From Chiloscyllium plagiosum (taxonomy: Eukaryota), in the NCBI RefSeq assembly GCF_004010195.1, contig NC_057711.1, forward strand, positions 73,303,894 through 73,367,893: a stretch of 64,000 nt of DNA. Reading direction: 5' to 3'. A program made the position numbers and the translations under genes. Shown piece after piece: positions 36,701-50,494 of the stretch. The number at the start of each line of letters is the position of its first letter. Within the stretch, counting starts at the first letter, position 1. The notes under the pieces were generated by a model. That model was not told where the DNA came from, did not search any database, and saw only the letters and a program-made list of their open reading frames with translations.

Positions 36701-39051
36701 ATGCAATAAATGCAGTTACCCATCTATCTTCATTCTCAGACTCGGCAGGTAAACTCTGCTTGGTCCCAGGTTTCCACGGGGTTACCGCAGTGACTGGCTA
36801 TCAACAGGACACATTTTGTTACTTTCTGCCTACGTGAACCAAGGTTCTGTGTATTTATATGTGTATCACACTGTGAACGTGACTGATGATTTTAAAAAGG
36901 AGTTTATCACAAGTATGATCTTGGACAGGCAGTATTACAAGGTTGAAGAAGATAGCAAAGACAAAATGGGTTTAACTAAAGATGAAATAGGTTACAAAAG
37001 TCATGATGAATTGAAGACAGAAACTGAAATGGAATGGAATTGGTATCCGGAGTGTGTTTGTTGTTGGTACAAAAGAAAATGCCTTTGGCCTCATGTTAAA
37101 TTGGAGGAACTTGCAGTTAATTCAGGATAAGGTGTCAGACAAGCAGACTGATGAAATAAAGGGAGCAAAAACTCAAGAGAAATGGGGAACAAGTACAAGC
37201 TGAATGTTGTCGACATACATAGGAACCTGATTCACGCCATTGGTTGGTGTGACCAAATGGTAGCATGTAGATAAATAAAGGGAGTGGCCAAAGAACAATC
37301 CTCAGCAACTCAAGTAATAACGATAAAAGAGAAAGGAAGTTAATTTAGGGCATGTTCTTGCTAAAAGAAGAGTCAAGTGAGACAGTATTACTAAGCTAGG
37401 GAGAGGCAAGGCACTGAAGGACCAGGGTGCTTCTGGTAGTCAGTCAGCATAGAGATGGATGAGATGGGACAATCAGAGAAAGTCTTTTCATGACTTTGAT
37501 TAGGGCCATTTCAGTGCTGTAGCAGGACTGGTGAAGGGGAATGCAAGATTGACTATGGAATTGGTAGCTCACAATAGGTTCAAGGACTTGGGAAGTCAAA
37601 GGTTGGAGATGCAGTTCAGAAAGTCAGAGGAATATAGTATGCTTTCTTTTTAAGTAGGGAGTGGTGATTACAGTTTTAAAAGAAGGTGGTGGGTGAAACA
37701 GTGACTGTTTTAATGTCAGCTATTATGGGGGCTAGGAACAGGATTTAAATGGTTAGAGGTGTAATGGGAATGGAGTCCAAAGAAAAGCAGATAGAAGTTG
37801 CAAATATAAAAGGTTTTATAGGCTGGGACAAGGGAGTGGGGTATATAGCAACGTCAGCTGAACAAATTGTCTCAATACCAGCGAAGAAATAATAAGTGGG
37901 CTCTTCATAATTGCTGAAGGAGCAGATGGGAGAAGGAAAGATAGAGGCTTTAACAAGATAGCATGCATTGCAGTAAAGAAACCCAGGCAATAATTCTAGA
38001 TATCCAGGATGTTCCTGGGGTAGTAAGCAGTTTTGACATGAAAACAAGGTCTGGTGAGGCATGATATAGTCCAAAAAAACAAATGACACATTTCCCCCTC
38101 TTTTCACATACAAATACTTTCTCACCAACCTGTTCAGAGATGTTATTATTCACCTCTAGTACAGGTGGGACTTGAACCCAGGCCTTTTGTGCCAGAGGAA
38201 GGTACGATACTACTGGATCACAAGAGCCCTCTCTTTCATTTGTAATCTTAACTATTAGATAAACATTTGTGTAATACTGGATAAACATTTTCAAACATCT
38301 CTTCTGATTGGCACAGTTCAGAAACTTTTTGGTAATAAATAGTCTTTCAGTACAAAATCAACCAATGTAAACCTGCATTCCAGTATTTTCTGTTTTAGAG
38401 ATGAACAAAAGGCAACTTTTAAAAAAGTACATAAAGGAGCACTGTTTTGATGAGTAGATCATGCTGAGAATAAAAGTAATGATTTTAGAAGAGTTATAAT
38501 GAAACAATGCAAATATTTATTTAATGCTCATTATTATACAGCTGCATTCTTAGGAGTCAGAGAAAAATAAAATTTGCATATATACTTTCTACATGTAAAT
38601 ATTGGAACAAAAGCGAAGACTGAAGGCCTCTTAATAGGCCATGAGAGAAATTTAAATTGAGAGCTTTATTTTAGAGAATGAGAATTCACAGGGAAACTGG
38701 CTGTTCCTGATTGTCCTGCTTAGATAATGGAAATAACTATCGAAAAACTCTGAACCATGTGCTCATTAAAGTGATGGATAATCAGACTGAGCAGGAAACC
38801 CTGTCCTTTCAGGCCCAGTGTAATTATCAGATTTAGCTCAAGTTAAACAAGGAATTAAGCTTCCCCTACTTTACCTCAACAGGGAATGAGACCAAACTGG
38901 AGAACTCGTCCTTGAAAATAGCTCTGTGGCCGATAGATAAACCACCTAGGATTTACGCAATCATACATTTTTTTAAAAAAAGATGTGTAAATTATTTGTC
39001 TGGAGCTATTTTTGGTGTCCCAGTTTCTGCAGACAGGAATGACATACTGAC

Positions 39052-39256
39052 CTCTATTAATGGTCTAGGTTTACGCTCCACTGAAAACTTGAAGTGGCAG
39101 AGTTCACAGTAACTGGTGTTTGAAGATGAAAGCCAATGCTCTAGGCAGCTTCTATGAATAGTTCCTAGAGTTCCTGTACATTCACAGGGGGAGAGCAGAT
39201 CTTCCTGATTGCTGCCTTCATGGCAAATCCGGCACATAGGTCGGTCATGGAGGGTG
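39052..39256 (-). CDS. MARCHF3: MARCHF3 coding exon 2 (RING-CH, C4HC3)
   Basis: GCAG acceptor and GTCAGT donor, 205 nt. Translates (S)[68 protein letters not shown]. Confidence 0.97.
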
Positions 39257-40823
39257 CTGCAAACATTAAAAGGTTCATCAATGCCAGCTTCAAAACAATA
39301 GAGAGGATAGCCAAAATGACAGGCTTTTATTAATATCAAAACTGTTTTTAAAATAATTTCCCAGTACTAAAAGAGTACATAGCAGTATAAAATCCAAATT
39401 ATAATGCAATTAATTAGATTCTAATCTGTAGCACCGAACACAATTGTCCAAAATAATTGAAGACAACGGACATTTAAAAGAATGAGAGGATATTTCAAGT
39501 ATTTCTTCTTTCTTCCTTAGTTAAAGCAAAATGTAGCTTCTGGAAGCTGAACCTGAGGACTGAAATGCTTCTTCTTTACCAAACAACTGAATGAGTATGG
39601 TGCTGGGGCTCTGGATTAGAAATTAATTACGGTGAGGGATGCTATTATGATCAGTTTAGTTTAAACAGTTTTCAGTACAAATGTGATCATAGAAATTTAA
39701 ATTAAAAAGGTGGCAGAAAGTGCACTTGGAAACAAGGTTTTTAAGCATATGAATAATTCAGGACTCAAATGCTGCATTTGTTAATCTCTGGAATATGGAT
39801 TTAAATCATTGCAGACTTTTATTTTGTTAATTTGTTTATGGGGTCCAAGCATCAATGACAAGGCCAAAAGGTATTTACACTTTAAGGGGTGGTGAGAAGC
39901 AGTCTCCCTGAACTGCTGCAGTTTATCTGCACGTGGTAACTCACAGTATTATTGTGGAAGGAGCTCCATGACTTTTGTATGACCCAGTCAAGAGTGAAGG
40001 AGTAGTAATACGGTTGTAATTTCAGGTCGGAATTGCACACAGTTTACAGGTAAACTTGCAGGTGGTAGTGTTCCAATCCATTGTTGTGTGTGCCATTTTA
40101 GGTGGTGGAGGTGATCATTTGGGAAGGTACTGTTGATGAGTTGTGTAGTACATCTTGGATATGTTAAACACCGTATATCAGTGGTGAACGGAGTGAATTT
40201 TGAAGATGGTGCATGAAGTGCTGATAAAATGAGTTGCTGTGGATGTTTCTTGAGAATTGTTAGAGATGTACCCATCCAGGTATCTGGAGAGTTTTTTTAA
40301 AAAATTCATTCATGGGGATATAGATGTCACTGCTTAGGCCAGCATTCATCAGCCTGAGGGCAGTTAAGAGTTAACCACTTTGCTGGTGTCACATGTAAGC
40401 CAGACCAGGTAAGGATGGCAGTTTACTTCTTTAAATGACATTAGTGAACCAGATAGGTTTTTCAGACAGTCGATAAATGGATTCATGGCCATCATTTGAC
40501 TCTTAATTCAAATTTTTATTAAACTCAAATTACCACCACCTGTCATGGTGGATTTTGAACCCAGGTCTGCAGAACATTACCAATGTCTCTGGATTAACAA
40601 TCCAGTGATAATACCACTAGGCTGTCACCTCCCTAAAGTATTCCATCACACTCCCAGTTTTTGCCTTACAAATGTTTTACAGGCTTTGTGGTGAATGAGT
40701 TATTTGCAGAATTCCCAACGTCTAACTTGTTCTTATAGCCACATAATTGATACGGCTGGATCAGATAAGTTTCTGGCTTGTGGTAACCCCAAGCATGTTA
40801 ATATAGTGAGGGATTCAGCAAAT

Positions 40824-41122
40824 AGATTAGATTAGATTCCCTACGGTGTGGAAACTGGCCATTTGGCTCAACAAATCCACACCGACCCTCTGTAGCATTA
40901 CTTATCCCCTACGTTTATCCCTGACTAACGCACCTAACACTATGGGCAATTTATCGTGGCCAATTCACCTGACCTGCACATCTTTGGACTGTGGGAGGAA
41001 ACCGGAGCACCCGGAGGAAACCCACGCAAACACAGAGAGAATGTGCAAACTCCGCACAGACAAAATTGAACCCAGGTGCCTGGTGCTGTGAGGCAGCAGT
41101 GCTAACCACTGAGCCACTGTGC
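40824..41122 (-). mobile_element. HE1/V-SINE-type SINE
   Basis: Reverse complement of the SINE consensus seen at 24380, with a (GATTA)n tail. Confidence 0.85.
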
Positions 41123-42214
41123 CAAGACCCATAATCTTGCTACTGAAAACTAAAAAAAGGGGAGATGGCAATTGATTGGCATTTGTGTGCACTGGATACT
41201 ACCTGCCACTATTAATCTCAGACTGAATGTCATCCAGTTCTCTGTGAATGCATGCACTGACAATTTTCAAATCTGAAGGCTTGCAAGTGATACCTAATAC
41301 TGCAATTAACTCCTTTTCTGGTTTTATAATGGAGGAAAGATCTTTGATGAAGCAACTGAAGTTGGTTAGGCCTAAGACACTACCGTAAGAAACCCTACAG
41401 AGATGTCTGGGGCTGTAATGATAGTCCTCCAATGCAGCAATCTATCTTTGTACCAGGTGTAACTCCAACCATAGAGGCATTCGCCCATCTCCAAACTCTG
41501 ACTCCACTTGACTTCAATTTTAATCAAGTTCCTCATTTCCACATTCAATTAATGTCAACTACAGTCACTTTCACCTCACTTCTGAAATTTAGCAATTTTG
41601 TCTATGTTTGCACAAAGGCTGAAATGACATCTGGTGGAACACAAAGTTAACAGTAAAAAGCAGTTTATTACGAGAAACCAGACAGATTGCAACAACAGCT
41701 TCCCAAAGGTGATTAAGAATTGGCAATAAATAGCGCCTTGCCAATGACGCCCACATCCAGTGATAGACATTTTCTTTAAAAAATTGTTTTATGACACAGC
41801 CGAAGACATCTTCCCTCACTTTGCTGATGGAGAATAAACTGATGGAATCATCTAATTTGATATACCCTGTATTTTCTTAGAAAATTCAACAATGCCTCAC
41901 TTAAAGATATGGTTGCATTCCTGAAAAATCGTGACTTTAAATTCTATGGCAACCCAAGATTCACTGATGTTAGAAATTGAATTAGGTTCCTTCAGACATT
42001 TCTGACTTGGATAAAACAGTGCAGTAGTTGAAAGACTGTGCCATACTTTTGCAGTATTATGTACTAGCTGAAAAAACTTGCAAAACAAAATAAATCTCTA
42101 AACATAAAAAAATCTGTACAGTTTGGTATTTTAGAACCTTTCTCAGCAGAAACTAAACAATAAGTTGAACTGGTGTACATTTTAAAATGCATGTATTCAT
42201 TAAAAAGAAAACAA

Positions 42215-43170
42215 TGCAAAATGTCCAGATTACAGAGGAGGAAGTGCTGGATGTCTTGAAGCGGTTAAAAGTGGATAAATCCCCAGGACCTGATCAGGTG
42301 TACCTGAGAACTCTGTGGGAAGCTAAAGAAGTGATTGCTGGGCCTCTTGCTGAGATATTTGTATCATCGATAGTCCAGCCGGAAGACTGGAGGTTGGCAA
42401 ACGTGGTGCCACTGTTTAAGAAGGGTGGTAAAGACAAGCCAGAGAACTATAGACCAGTTAGCCTGACCTCGGTGGTGAGCAAGTTGTTGGAGGGAATCCG
42501 GAGGGACAGGATGTACACGCATTTGGAAAGGCAAGGACTAATTCGGGATAGTCAACATGGCTTTGTGCGTGGGAAATCATGTCTCACAAACTTGATTGAG
42601 TTTTTTGAACAAGTAACAAAGAAGATTGATGAGGGCAGAGCAGTAGATGTGATCTATATGGACTCAAGTAAGGCATTTGACAAGGTTCCCCATGGGAGAC
42701 TGATTAGCAAGGTTAGATCTCATGGAATACAGGGAGAACTAGCCATTTGGATACAGAACTGGCGGAGTTGGGAGGTCATGTTGCAGTTGTACAGGACATT
42801 GGTTAGGCTACGGTTGGAATATTGCATGCAATTCTGGTCTCCTTCCTATCGGAAAGATGTTGTGAAACTTGAAAGGGTTCAGAAAAGATTTACAAGGATG
42901 TTGCCAGGGTTGGAAGATCTGAGCTACTGGGAGAGGCTGAACAGGCTAGGGCTGTTTTCCCTGGAGCATTGGGGGCTTGTGGTGGAGGCTGGTACATTGC
43001 AACATTTAAGAGGCATTTGGATGGGTATATGAATAGGAAGGGTTTGGAGGAATATGGGCCGGGTGCTGGCAGGTGGGACTAGATTGGGTTGGGATATCTG
43101 GTTGGCATGGACGAGTTGGACCAAAGGGTCTGTTTCCGTGCTGCACATCTCTATGACTCTTTGACTCTAT
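42215..43170 (+). mobile_element. CR1-clade (HER1-like) LINE with two internal deletions
   Basis: RT N-terminal motifs (NYRPVSLTS, SQHGFVRGKSCLTNL, KAFDKVPH) are fused directly to C-terminal RLEYC...VQKRFTRM. The catalytic PQGS/FADD region is missing compared with the copy at 60671-61887. Confidence 0.9.
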
Positions 43171-45858
43171 AAGTAAAGAAACAGACTACAATATATATAT
43201 ATAAATAGTTAATGAAGTTTCAGTTCACGAAGTGGCAGAAACTGGTTGATGCAGGCAGAATCACCTGCACTAACAAACTTCTGTCACTAGGTGAGCCTGG
43301 GACTCAAGTACAACTTCAGAACAAAGAGTCAGGAGAAAAGTCATTTTAACTTTGTACACCCCAGTCCAACACCGGCATCTCCGAATCATGACTTCTCCAA
43401 AGGTCATCCTTCAGTTTTTGAAGGGAAAATAGCCCCTTCCATAACCACCCTAACATTCTCACAGATAACTAAGATCCCCTTGCAAATTTGTTGCTCCATT
43501 TCCTGTTCACTATTGGGGTGTCTATAGTACAATCCCAATAAAGTGATCATCCCTTTCTTACTTCTCAGTTCCATCCAAATAACCTCCCTGAATTAACTCC
43601 CATGAATATCCTCCCTAAGTACAGCCGTAATGTTATCCCTTATCAAAAATGCCACTCCTCCTCCTCTCTTGTCCCCTTTTCTATGCTTCTTTTAGCACTT
43701 GTGGCCTGGAACATTAAGTTACCAGTCCTGTCCATTCCTGAGCCATGTCTCTATAATTGCTATGATATTGCAGTGCCATGTTCCTAACCATGCCCTGAGT
43801 GCATCTGCCTTCTGTTAGGCCTCTTGCATTGAAATAAATGCACTTTAATTTATCAGTCCTACCTCATTCTCTGCTTTGTTCTTGCCTGCCCTGACTGGTA
43901 GATTTGGGAAAAGGAGAAAGTCAAACAGTCTCAGCCTGATCTCTTTCTTTCACCATCTCCCTGGGTTCCACACCCTCCACCTTACTCGTTTAAATGTTCC
44001 CGAGCAGCTTACGTAAATCTCCTTGCCAGTATATTAGTCTCCTTCCAATTCAGATGCAATCGGTCCTTCTTTTAAAGGTCACTTCTACCTCAGAAGAGAT
44101 TCCAATGACCCAAAAATGTGAACCTTTATCCCCTGCACCAGCTTCTCAGCCACGCACTCACCTGCTCTATCCTCCTTACGCTCACTAATCAGAGTCATGA
44201 AGCATGAAAACAGACCCTTCAGTCCAACTAGTCCACACAGACCACATTCCTAAACTAAATTAGTCCCACATGTGCCTGCATTCGGCCCATATCCCTCCAA
44301 ATCTTTCCTATTATGTACCTGTCCAAATGTCTTTTAAATGTTGTAACTATACTTACATTCACCACTTCCTCTGGCAGTTAATTCCAAATATGAACCACTG
44401 TGTAAAAACGTTTGCCTCTCACGTCCTTGTTAAATCTTTCTCCTGTCACCTTAAAAATGTGCCCCCAGTTTTGAACTCCCCAACCTTCAAGAAAAGACTC
44501 TTGCCATTCACCTTATCTATGCCCCTCAATTTTATAAACTTCTGTAAGGTCACCCCTCAACCTCTTATGCTCCAGTGAAAGTAGTCCCAACCTATCTTTA
44601 TAATTCAAACCCTCCATTCCTGGCAAGGTCCTGGTAAATATTTGCTGAACCCTCTCCAATTTAATAATATCCTTCCTATAACAGGGTGACCAGAACTGCA
44701 CGTGGTACTCTAGAAGATGCCTCACAATGTCCTGTACAACCTCAAAATGACATCTCAACTCCTTTACTCAAAAGGTTTGAGCAATGAAGGCACGCATGCT
44801 AAACACCTTCTTGACCATCCTGTCTACCTGCGACGTTAGAGCTAAATTCCAAAAAGACAGAGCAAGAATGACGGTCCTCAACATCAAAACAGTTTTTGAC
44901 CAAGTACACCATCAAGAAGCTCCAGAAAAATGCATGTCAAGTGTGATCACAGGGGGTGGGTAGCATCTCTCTGGCTGCAGGCATATCTAAATTAAAGGAG
45001 GTTGGTTGTGGTTGCTAGAAAACATTCATCTCAGCCCCCCAGTTTATCACTGCAGAAGTTCCTCAGGGTAGTGTCAGAGACCCTCAAGTGCATTCAGCTA
45101 CTTGTTACCTTCCCTCCACTTTTATGTTCTGCTCCTCAAATACAGCCTGTGCCCCCACATGCAGCAAGATCTGGACAACAGTCAGGCTTGAGTTGATCAG
45201 TGGCAAACAACCTTTGCACTGTACAAGTGCCAGGCAGCAACCATTCCCAACATGAGGGAATGCAACCATCATCCCGATATCAGTAGTTTGTAGCATCGGT
45301 GTAATCCAGATATTACTACCCTCAGGATTTCCTTTTAAAATTCCTGCCTAACTCTCTATATTCTCCCTTAAATCTCATCCTTTTCCCTTCCTATGTCGTT
45401 AGTTCCAATGTGCACAACTACCTCCTGCTGGTCCCTCTCCCCTTTGAGAATATTCTGCACTCTCTCGGAGATATCCTTGATCCTGGCACCAGGAAGGCAA
45501 CACCATTTTAATTTCTCGCTGCCAGCCACAGAAATGTCTGTCTGTGCCTCTGACTACACAGTCTTCTATCACAATCGATTGCTTGGAACCTGACATACCC
45601 CTTGTTACATTAGAGCCAGTCTCGGTATCAGAAAGTTGGCTGTTCATGCTACATTCCCCTGACAGTCCATTAACACCTACATTTTCCAAAACAACATACT
45701 GTTTGAGATGGGGATAACCACAATAGACTGCTGCATGACCTGCCTTCCTCTCCTATCTTTCCCAGAGGTAATCAATCTCCCTGACTCTATTTGTGGTTTT
45801 TCTCTCTCCCTCCAACTGCCATCCATCACACCCCCTAGCTGCTGTAAATTCTTCATGG

Positions 45859-46158
45859 CCTCTAACTGCTGCTCCAACTGATCCATTCGATCTGATAGGA
45901 TTTGCAACCAAAGTGGGCGGCACGGTGGCACCGTGGTTAGCACTGCTGCCTCACAGCGCCAGAGACCCGGGTTCAATTCCCTCCTCAGGCGACTGACTGT
46001 GTGGAGTTCCTCTAACTGCTGCTCCAACTGATCCATTCGATCCGATAGGATTTGCAACCAAAGTGGGCGGCACGGTGGTACTGTGGTTAGCACTGCTGCC
46101 TCACAGCGCCAGAGACCCGGGTTCAATTCCCCCCTCAGGCGACTGACTGTGTGGAGTT
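45859..46158 (+). repeat. Two-unit 150-bp tandem duplication spanning a LINE/SINE junction
   Basis: 45859-46008 is repeated at 46009-46158 with about 4 substitutions. Confidence 0.88.
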
Positions 46159-46383
46159 TGCACANNNNNNNNNNNNNNNNNNNNNNNNNNNNNNNNNNNN
46201 NNNNNNNNNNNNNNNNNNNNNNNNNNNNNNNNNNNNNNNNNNNNNNNNNNNNNNNNTGCTAAATTGCCCATAGTGTTAGGTAAGGGGTAAATGTAGGGGT
46301 ATGGGTGGGTTGCGCTTCGGCGGGGCGGTGTGGACTTGTTGGGCCGAAGGGCCTGTTTCCACACTAAGTAATCTAATCTAATC
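46064..46383 (+). mobile_element. Young HE1/V-SINE-type SINE containing an assembly gap
   Basis: CpG-rich SINE head and tail with a (TAATC)n end. N-run at 46165-46256. Confidence 0.85.
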
Positions 46384-47296
46384 AAAGACACTTCCTGCAG
46401 TCATAATCATCAGTAACATGGAAAATCTCCATAATATCCAACAAGAACAACACATCACTGTACTAAAGGCCATCTTTGCTCCTTAACAATCTATAGACCT
46501 AGAAAATAGCACCATCTTACTGCTCTAAAGCACACTGCTTCAGGCTAACTTTATATTGATGTTTGTATTTTTAAAATTTAAATCAGGATGGTGGAGAACT
46601 AAAATGTAAGAACAGTCAAATACAAGAATTTGAAAGTAGGACATTTGACCTCTCAGTTCTACTCTGTTAATCAATAAGATCGCAAGTATGTTGTTTTGGA
46701 AAATGTAGGTGGTGATGGACTCTGTATACGTTTGAATTCCATATTCCCATCATAGCATATTTTGATAAAACAAGGAAATGCGGATGCTGGAAATTTGAAA
46801 CAAAAAGAGAAATTGCTGGAGAAACTTAATAAGTCTGGCAAGCAACTATGGAGAGGAAACAGAATGGACGTTTGAGGTCCAGTGACCCTTCTTCAGACTT
46901 ACATTCCCTTTCCAAACAGGAATTAATAATATTCAATGGCATTGCATCCACCCAATCTGAGATAGAGAGAGCTTCAAAGTTGCACAAACCTCTGAAAATT
47001 TTCCTCACATCTGTCCTAAAAAGTCAACCCCTAATTTTGAAATAGTGTGCCCTAGTTCTGGATTCATCTCTATAAGGAATCATCCATTGCACATCCACAT
47101 TCCCAAGATTATTTGGGATTTTATAAAATTCGATCCAGTCTTCTGAACTCAGGTATTAAAAACATCTAAATCTCTCAGCACCTCAGTATTCTGCAGTTGT
47201 TCTCCATTCCAACTTTTAACTCAAACTTAACACACTGAACAACTTCACATTTTCCCACACTACATGACATGTACCGGACTTTCGCCCATTCGTAAC

Positions 47297-48264
47297 GGTG
47301 TTGTTGCTGCTCCTTTAACAAGATTCTGTTGTCTTTGGGTTTTTTTCAGGAGTTTGTAAAAACACAGGTTCCGAAAAGTCTGGTTTTGGGTGGGTTTTAA
47401 GTCCAATTTGATTATAGCTGCCTCAGGCAAAAGGCTTTCAAGTTTAAAAAAAACACTTATGCAATGAAAAGGAAGTGGCCGGTTCCCCCAGCTCAGCTTT
47501 TCTCTGGGTTGATTTGGTTTTTGGCAGTCTGGCTATTCACTGAAAGCAGTCAGGTCAGTGTTGTGAAGCTGCTGGACCCAAAGAAGCAGGTCCATGCTGA
47601 TCTTCCTCTTTCTCTGACGTATCTCCTGTAAAGACCCTGTGTTTGATTTTACCTTTTGTGCAAAGGGGTGTTTATGGAGATTATTGCAAGTATTGGGAAC
47701 AGCATTGGTAAATTGGGGTAGTTTGTTGGGTTTTCGGATAGGTTAAGTTGTTCTATATTTTGTTCTTTTTGTTTGTGCTTCATTCGGTAATCTTGCAAAT
47801 AAATTCCGTTTTGTTTAAAACTAAGTGGTTGGCCAGCTGCATCACTCCCTGAATACCCCACTGTACACCTGTTTAAAATAACTAGCAAAGTTAGGGTCTG
47901 GGCTACTTCAATTAGATTAGATTCCCTACAGTGCCCAACAAGTCCAAGCCATTTGGCCCAACAAGTCCACAGCAACCCTCCGAAGATTAACCCACCAGAC
48001 CCATTTACCCCTGACTAATACACCTAACACTATGGGCAATTCACCTGACCTGCACATCTTTGGACTGTGGGAGGAAACCAGAGCACCCAGAGGAAACCCA
48101 CGCAGACATGCAAAAGATGTGCAAACACCAGACAGACAGACAAACAGTCACCAGAGGTGGGAATCAAACCCAGGTCTTTGATGCTGTGAGGCAGCCAAGC
48201 TAACCACTGAGCCACCGTGCCGCCCAACTTCCTTGAAATGTTTTAGTGGGGTTGGTCCACAACA
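47297..48264 (+). mobile_element. Solo LTR with a nested SINE (47912-48226, - strand)
   Basis: Ends in ...CAACA and is flanked by a 5-bp TSD GTAAC (47292-47296 and 48265-48269). Internal AATAAA near 47798. The nested SINE has TSD ACTTC. The left end reads GG rather than the canonical TG. Confidence 0.6.
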
Positions 48265-48799
48265 GTAACCGATATCCATATTCATCGCTTGTGCCCTCTA
48301 CATACTTTCCTATCTCTCGGCACTATCTATATATCTCAACCTTCACCACCTACCTCCTCTGTGCTGCCTTCAGTGCTTCAAAGTGGTGTTCAACACGGAG
48401 GACTAGTCACTTGCTCAAGGAGGGTGAAAGCTGATAATCAATAGAAAGATTCCTTGGCCACATCTGATCTGATACCAAAGATTTCATGAGGTCTGGCATT
48501 CATGTTGAGGGCTCACAGGGTTAACCACTCCTGAATGTACATTGCTATGTCACCACTTCTAGTTCTGCCAGCAGGACAGGCAGACAGGACATACTCAGGG
48601 ACAGTAATGGAGGCCTCTGGCACAATAGCTGTCAGTTATAATTTACTAAATATGACTATGTCACACTGTTGTTTGACTTGTCTGTGGGGCAGTTCATGTC
48701 AATATAAGGAGGAATTTGTTGAGTTGACTGGGGCAGTGTGTTGCTGGGTAGTCCGTCTGGTTTTATTTGTTTCTGGATTTTCTGTAACTTCCTAAAGGC

Positions 48800-49340
48800 A
48801 TAAGATGTAGGAGCAGAAGTAGGTCATCCATTCAATGGGATCATAGTTGATCTGATAAACCCCAACTCCACTTTTCTGCCTTTTCCCCAAAACCCTTGAT
48901 TTTCTCACTGATGCAAAATCTGTCAATCTCAGCTTTAAATCTACTTAATGACAAAGCCTCGACAGCCCTCTGTAGTAATGAATTCCATACCGTGAGAGAA
49001 TAAATTCCTTCTAAAATTTAACCTTAAATGTGTGACCCCTTATTCTAAGATTATGTCTTTGGATCCTAGATTCTTCCACAAGGAGAAGCAACCTTCCTAC
49101 ATCTAACCCGTCAAGTCCTCTAAGAATCTTGTAGGTTTCAATAAAGTTACCTTTCACTCCCTTAAATTCCAATAAATAGAGGACCAATCTACTCAACGTC
49201 TCACTAAATGGTCCCTCTACACATAGTATCAACCTAGTGAATCTTCCCTGCACAGCCTTTAATCCCAGTATATCTTTCCTTAGATAAGTATTCCAATTGT
49301 GGTCTGACTAGGAACTTGTCCCTCTTTTATTCTATTCCCT
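48800..49340 (-). mobile_element. Old CR1-clade LINE 3' fragment
   Basis: QGRFTRLI...KGNFIETYKILRGLD remnant. Confidence 0.75.
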
Positions 49341-50494
49341 TTGAAATACAGGCTAACATGTTTTGATACCAACTGAATGGCTTGCTAGGCCATTTCTGAG
49401 CACAGTATAAGAGTCATCGACTTTGATATCGGTTTGGAGTTACATGTAATCCAGACAAGTAAATATTGTTGATTTCCTTCTCTGAAGGACATTGATCCAG
49501 ATGGAAATTTTTTTTTAAACCATAACCTAATAGCTTTCTGATCATCATTCCTGACACTAGACTATTCAGTCTATTCACACCAATGATTCACATGAAATGA
49601 AGTTTAGTTTAATTAAAATCCTACAATCCACTCCAAGGGGATTATCTCACTCAGTCATGGTCAGTTATCAGATGAGAAAAATGGAAAATTTTTAAATGAT
49701 GCATTACTGTATAATTTTCCAAGATTGGCAAAAGAGGGGAAGCATCGCCGTCTTATGGCATAAGAATCCATTTTTCTGGAATTAAATAACTATTGAATGT
49801 GCTCACAGCTGTCAATTTCCCTTTCATTGATGAACTGGCCCTCCAGATATCTCCAGACTTAAATTTAAAAACCCATTTCCTTCAATATAAAAGGATTGAG
49901 CAAGAGCCACTTCTTTTGGTGGAAAATACAAAGTGCTGCCAAGCAGTCAGCGAACCCACCTCGAAAGAGACTACGCTCCTTTAGGGACTACCTCTCCTCC
50001 TTCTCTTTGGTAAATTTTTCATTTCATGCTTTTGTGCGCATTGTGATAAATGATTTTAACTGTGCTTAAAGAAATTTGCTGTCAATCCAATTCAAGTTTT
50101 AATTTATTTTTCTCTATTACTGAAGGCAGGGATCTCCTCCTTATATGGTGGTCAGCCCTGACAGTTTATGGCAAATCAGGAGTGCCATTAACCAATAGGA
50201 CTGACCACCATAGCCAATGCTCTGATGTGTGCTGTTGTAGCCCAAGCCCAAGGCTCATCTCGGGGTCAGAGCCTTATAAGGTCAGTCTTTTTCTCTTATA
50301 TCAATGAATAAAGCTTGAGTTTACCATTTTACAGCTGTTAACTAAACATCTTTTCTACACATTTATCATTGCTGTCAAGCAACTGCCCACTTCCCGAAGC
50401 AACTGACATACATCCAGTGTTTGCAACCAAATTTTTTCTGAATTGAATCAGAGAATAGTAAGCATAGGTTTCTCAGCCTATTATATCTGCCATA

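Larger units (their letters stand above)
43430..46520 (-). mobile_element. Fragmented CR1-clade LINE ORF1/APE, interrupted by another LINE 3' end (44190-44830), an older LINE piece and a SINE
   Basis: Homologous to 30700-32520 in reverse orientation (GSKQSIVI...RHFCG, ILSDRMDQLEQQLE). Confidence 0.75.

Noticed and set aside
42187..43032. 281-aa ORF, the longest in the window, as a possible domesticated RT gene
   Set aside because: It is a young CR1 LINE copy with internal deletions that remove the catalytic FADD region. The open frame is explained by recent origin and an in-frame deletion.
45677..46126. 149-aa ORF with an internal 50-aa repeat
   Set aside because: It is a by-product of the 150-bp tandem duplication across a SINE/LINE ORF1 junction.
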